42,680 nt of DNA from a virus. The translations under genes were made by a program, and so were the position numbers. Location: positions 1-42,680 of the IMG/VR virus record IMGVR_UViG_3300045988_068495. One strand, 5' to 3'. A model generated the notes under the pieces. It saw only the letters and a program-made list of their open reading frames with translations. It had not been told where the DNA came from and did not search any database. Below, piece by piece: positions 40,692 to 42,680 of this stretch; position 1 is the stretch's first letter, and each line of letters opens with the position of its first letter.

Positions 40692-41240
40692 ATGGAAACA
40701 TGGAAAGACATACCTGGTTATAGTGGAATATATCAAGCTTCTGACCTTGGAAATATACGAAGCGCACCAAACAAGGTAACTTCCAATGCGAAATATGCGA
40801 AACGGCTTTGGAAATCTCGCGTTTTAAAGCCAAAGACGCAAAAAAATGGGGGGCGCGGTGACTTTAGAGTTTCGCTATGGAAAGACGGCAAGAAAAAAGA
40901 TTATCTTGTTGCTCGGCTCGTTGCAATGACATGGTGCGATGGTTACTGCCCGGATATGACAGTTAACCACATCGACGGAAATTTTAAAAACAACACCGCA
41001 TCTAATCTGGAATGGGTAACACTTGTCGACAACATTAAACATGGCATATTAACTGGGCTGTACAAAAATATGCAAAAACCAGTAAAGCTAATTTCTGACG
41101 ATGGCAATGAGACATTGTTCCCGTCTATGGCGGCTGCATCAAGATCTATTGGTAGAAATCCGTCATATGTATCAAATTCGCTTGCGAGAGGGAACAAGAT
41201 TATAAGCAAGTCAGGCATGGTATACACAGTTTTAGGGTGA
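40692..41240 (+). CDS. Free-standing HNH homing endonuclease (NUMOD4 plus HNH_3 type)
   Basis: WKDIPGYSGIYQASDLGNIRS and VNHIDGNFKNNTASNLEWV. Confidence 0.8.
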   Translation: METWKDIPGYSGIYQASDLGNIRSAPNKVTSNAKYAKRLWKSRVLKPKTQKNGGRGDFRVSLWKDGKKKDYLVARLVAMTWCDGYCPDMTVNHIDGNFKNNTASNLEWVTLVDNIKHGILTGLYKNMQKPVKLISDDGNETLFPSMAAASRSIGRNPSYVSNSLARGNKIISKSGMVYTVLG

Positions 41241-41243
41241 GCT

Positions 41244-41957
41244 ATGGCCGAGATAACTTATATCAAGGTCTTTGTTGATTATCTCGATGCGATAGAGCCG
41301 CTCGGTGACGCTGAGAGGGGGAGACTTTTCACTTCCTTGTTAACCTATGCAAGGTCGGGCAAAGTTCCGCAGCTCAACGGGAACGAACGATTCTTATTCC
41401 CCATGATGAGGGCGCAGATTGATAGAGATGTTTTATCAAAGGATGAGTTGTCTCAAAAGCGGCGTGATGCAGCAAGTGCAAGCAAAAGGAGCACTTGCGA
41501 ACAAAAAGAGCATTTGCAAGCAAATGCAGCAAGTGCAAGCAAATGCCCACAAGACAAAGACAATAAGACAATCGACAAAGACAATAAGACAATCGACAAA
41601 GACAAAGACAAAAGCGCGCGCACGCGCGATGCTGACGCATTTGCCGCTTTCGCGGCCGGTGATGGCGATTTATTGGCCGTTTTGAAAGACTTCGAGAAAA
41701 TGCGCAAAAGCATCAGAAAGCCCATGACTGACAGGGCAAAGCAGCTTTTAGTGACAAAGCTTAAAAACGAATTTCCACCGGAGCAGTGGAAATCGGTGCT
41801 TGAACAAAGCATCGTTAAGTGCTGGCAGGATGTCTATCCGCTGAAAGAACACGAACAGCAGCGACTAGGCGTTGAGCAACACCGCGAGAACGTCAGCAGT
41901 GACGAGCTTGAAAACTTAAAAGCGATCTACGCAAAAGTGAAAGGGGAACAACCATGA
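41244..41957 (+). CDS. Replisome-organizer-like / replication initiation protein candidate
   Basis: N-terminus IKVFVDYLDAIEPLGDAERGRLFTSLLTYARSGKVP. C-terminus MRKSIRKPMTDRAKQLLVTKL..SIVKCWQDVYPLKE. The gene carries internal DNA repeats. Confidence 0.45.
   Translation: MAEITYIKVFVDYLDAIEPLGDAERGRLFTSLLTYARSGKVPQLNGNERFLFPMMRAQIDRDVLSKDELSQKRRDAASASKRSTCEQKEHLQANAASASKCPQDKDNKTIDKDNKTIDKDKDKSARTRDADAFAAFAAGDGDLLAVLKDFEKMRKSIRKPMTDRAKQLLVTKLKNEFPPEQWKSVLEQSIVKCWQDVYPLKEHEQQRLGVEQHRENVSSDELENLKAIYAKVKGEQP
41469..41543 (+). repeat. 18-nt direct repeat x2 (GCAGCAAGTGCAAGCAAA)
   Basis: Copies at 41469-41486 and 41526-41543. Confidence 0.85.
41553..41614 (+). repeat. 21-nt tandem repeat x2 plus a partial copy (GACAAAGACAATAAGACAATC); iteron-like
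   Basis: Copies at 41553-41573 and 41574-41594, then GACAAAGACAAAGACAAAAG. This is followed by the GC palindrome CGCGCGCACGCGCG. Confidence 0.85.
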
Positions 41958-42680
41958 CAGACAACAAACACGGCTACAAAGCCTATGAGCCCGGCCTTGT
42001 GTGCAGGGGGTATCAGTACGAAGAAGGCAAAACCTACAAGAAAAACGGGCACGGCGTATGCGTCGGCGGGGTTACGCACTACTGCGTTAATCCGTTTGAT
42101 GTGCTGAATCATTACCCGCTGGTGCGCGAAGATGGCAAGTTCAGCGAATTTACGACCGTAGAAGCTATCGACGAGCCTGTTACCAATGATGGGCGAAAAT
42201 TCGCCACAAGCACTATCAAAATCGGCGTAAAGCTTGGTTTTGCCGGTTTTGTCAAAGCCTGTATAGATTTCGTGTACGAGAAAACGATAAAAAATATGCC
42301 GAGTGATAAGGTCGAAACGGGCGACTCCGCGAAGATAGGCAGCTCAGGCGACTCCGCGCAGATAGGCAGCTCAGGCAGCTCCGCGAAGATAGGCAGCTCA
42401 GGCGACTACGCGCAGATAGGCAGCTCAGGCAGCTTCGCGAAGATAGGCAGCTCAGGCTACTACGCGCAGATAGGCAGCTCAGGCTACTACGCGCAGATAG
42501 GCAGCTCAGGCTACTCCGCGAAGATAGGCAGCTCAGGCTACTACGCGCAGATAGGCAGCTCAGGCTACTCCGCGAAGATAGGCAGCTCAGGCAGCTTCGC
42601 GAAGATAGGCAGCTCAGGCGACTACGCGAAGATAGGCAGCTCAGGCGACTACGCGAAGATAGGCAGCTCAGGCGACTACG
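41954..42680 (+). CDS. N-terminal part of the nonapeptide-repeat protein (DUF7666-like); the ORF runs off the window end
   Basis: ATG 41954 overlaps the upstream stop (ATGA). GYKAYEPGLVCRGYQYEEGKTYKKNGHGVCVGGVTHYCVNPFDVLNHYP, then G-x-x-A-K/Q-I-G-S-S units from 42320. There is no stop before 42680. Confidence 0.75.
   Translation, partial: MTDNKHGYKAYEPGLVCRGYQYEEGKTYKKNGHGVCVGGVTHYCVNPFDVLNHYPLVREDGKFSEFTTVEAIDEPVTNDGRKFATSTIKIGVKLGFAGFVKACIDFVYEKTIKNMPSDKVETGDSAKIGSSGDSAQIGSSGSSAKIGSSGDYAQIGSSGSFAKIGSSGYYAQIGSSGYYAQIGSSGYSAKIGSSGYYAQIGSSGYSAKIGSSGSFAKIGSSGDYAKIGSSGDYAKIGSSGDY
42320..42680 (+). repeat. Coding 27-nt tandem repeat, 13.4 copies
   Basis: Units start at 42320 + 27n. 23 of 27 columns are invariant. 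The last three units are identical to the units at the window start. Confidence 0.95.

Larger units (their letters stand above)
1..42680. mobile_element. Complete temperate tailed-phage genome, circularly closed or permuted, linearised inside a tandem repeat
   Basis: All phage modules are present once: terS/terL, portal, scaffold, capsid, virion proteins, lysis, integrase plus attP, repressor/cro, recombination and replication. The last bases (..ggcgactacg) and first bases (cgaagatagg..) join to restore both the repeat unit and the reading frame. Confidence 0.85.

Noticed and set aside
42320-42680. The regular 27-nt repeats at both window ends were considered as a possible CRISPR array.
   Set aside because: - The units are directly adjacent, with no spacers.
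- They are in frame inside a long ORF.
- They encode a nonapeptide repeat.
- No cas genes are present.
42320-42680. Diversity-generating retroelement (DGR) targeting of the variable repeat codons.
   Set aside because: - No reverse transcriptase or template repeat is present anywhere in the window.
- The variable columns are not restricted to adenine-templated positions.

Overview
The window reads as one complete temperate tailed-phage genome of about 42.7 kb. The host is probably a spore-forming Firmicute or Clostridia, judging from the SleB-like hydrolase, Prp protease, phiLC3-type holin and SLH-like lysin tail. The sequence is cut open inside a coding 27-nt tandem repeat, so one ORF leaves at base 42680 and re-enters in frame at base 1.

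Gene order, almost all on the + strand:
- repeat protein C-terminus, SleB-like hydrolase and a C5-type DNA methyltransferase
- a run of small, often Cys-rich early or middle ORFs, plus a dATP/dGTP-diphosphohydrolase-like ORF
- terminator, then terS and a fractured terL (N-fragment plus IntN, free-standing HNH, IntC plus C-extein)
- portal, Prp-like protease, a structured intergenic region, scaffold and major capsid
- virion proteins, including a 2249-aa polyvalent protein
- fibre and receptor-binding-like proteins, then CHAP endolysin and holin
- a seven-gene moron island
- attP (tRNA 3' end) and a tyrosine integrase on the minus strand
- an immunity and exclusion region on mixed strands
- Cro-like early operon, Gp157/SSAP/NinB-like/SSB recombination genes, a second HNH, and a replisome-organizer-like gene with internal repeats
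- the N-terminus of the repeat protein

Observations most worth follow-up:
1. terL appears to need protein trans-splicing, because split-intein halves of 102 and 35 aa flank an HNH gene in three different frames.
2. A conserved bipartite box occurs three times with identical spacing, each time ahead of a late gene block.
3. The phage encodes its own Prp, and both scaffold and capsid carry matching N-terminal cleavage motifs.
4. The moron island of low-complexity, Cys-rich and jelly-roll-like proteins has unknown function.
5. A strong promoter, a long leader and a 33-codon hydrophobic peptide ORF sit in the immunity region and resemble a type I toxin.
6. The nonapeptide repeat protein varies only at four nonsynonymous nucleotide columns.

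All family names come from motif-level recognition by eye. No database search was run.
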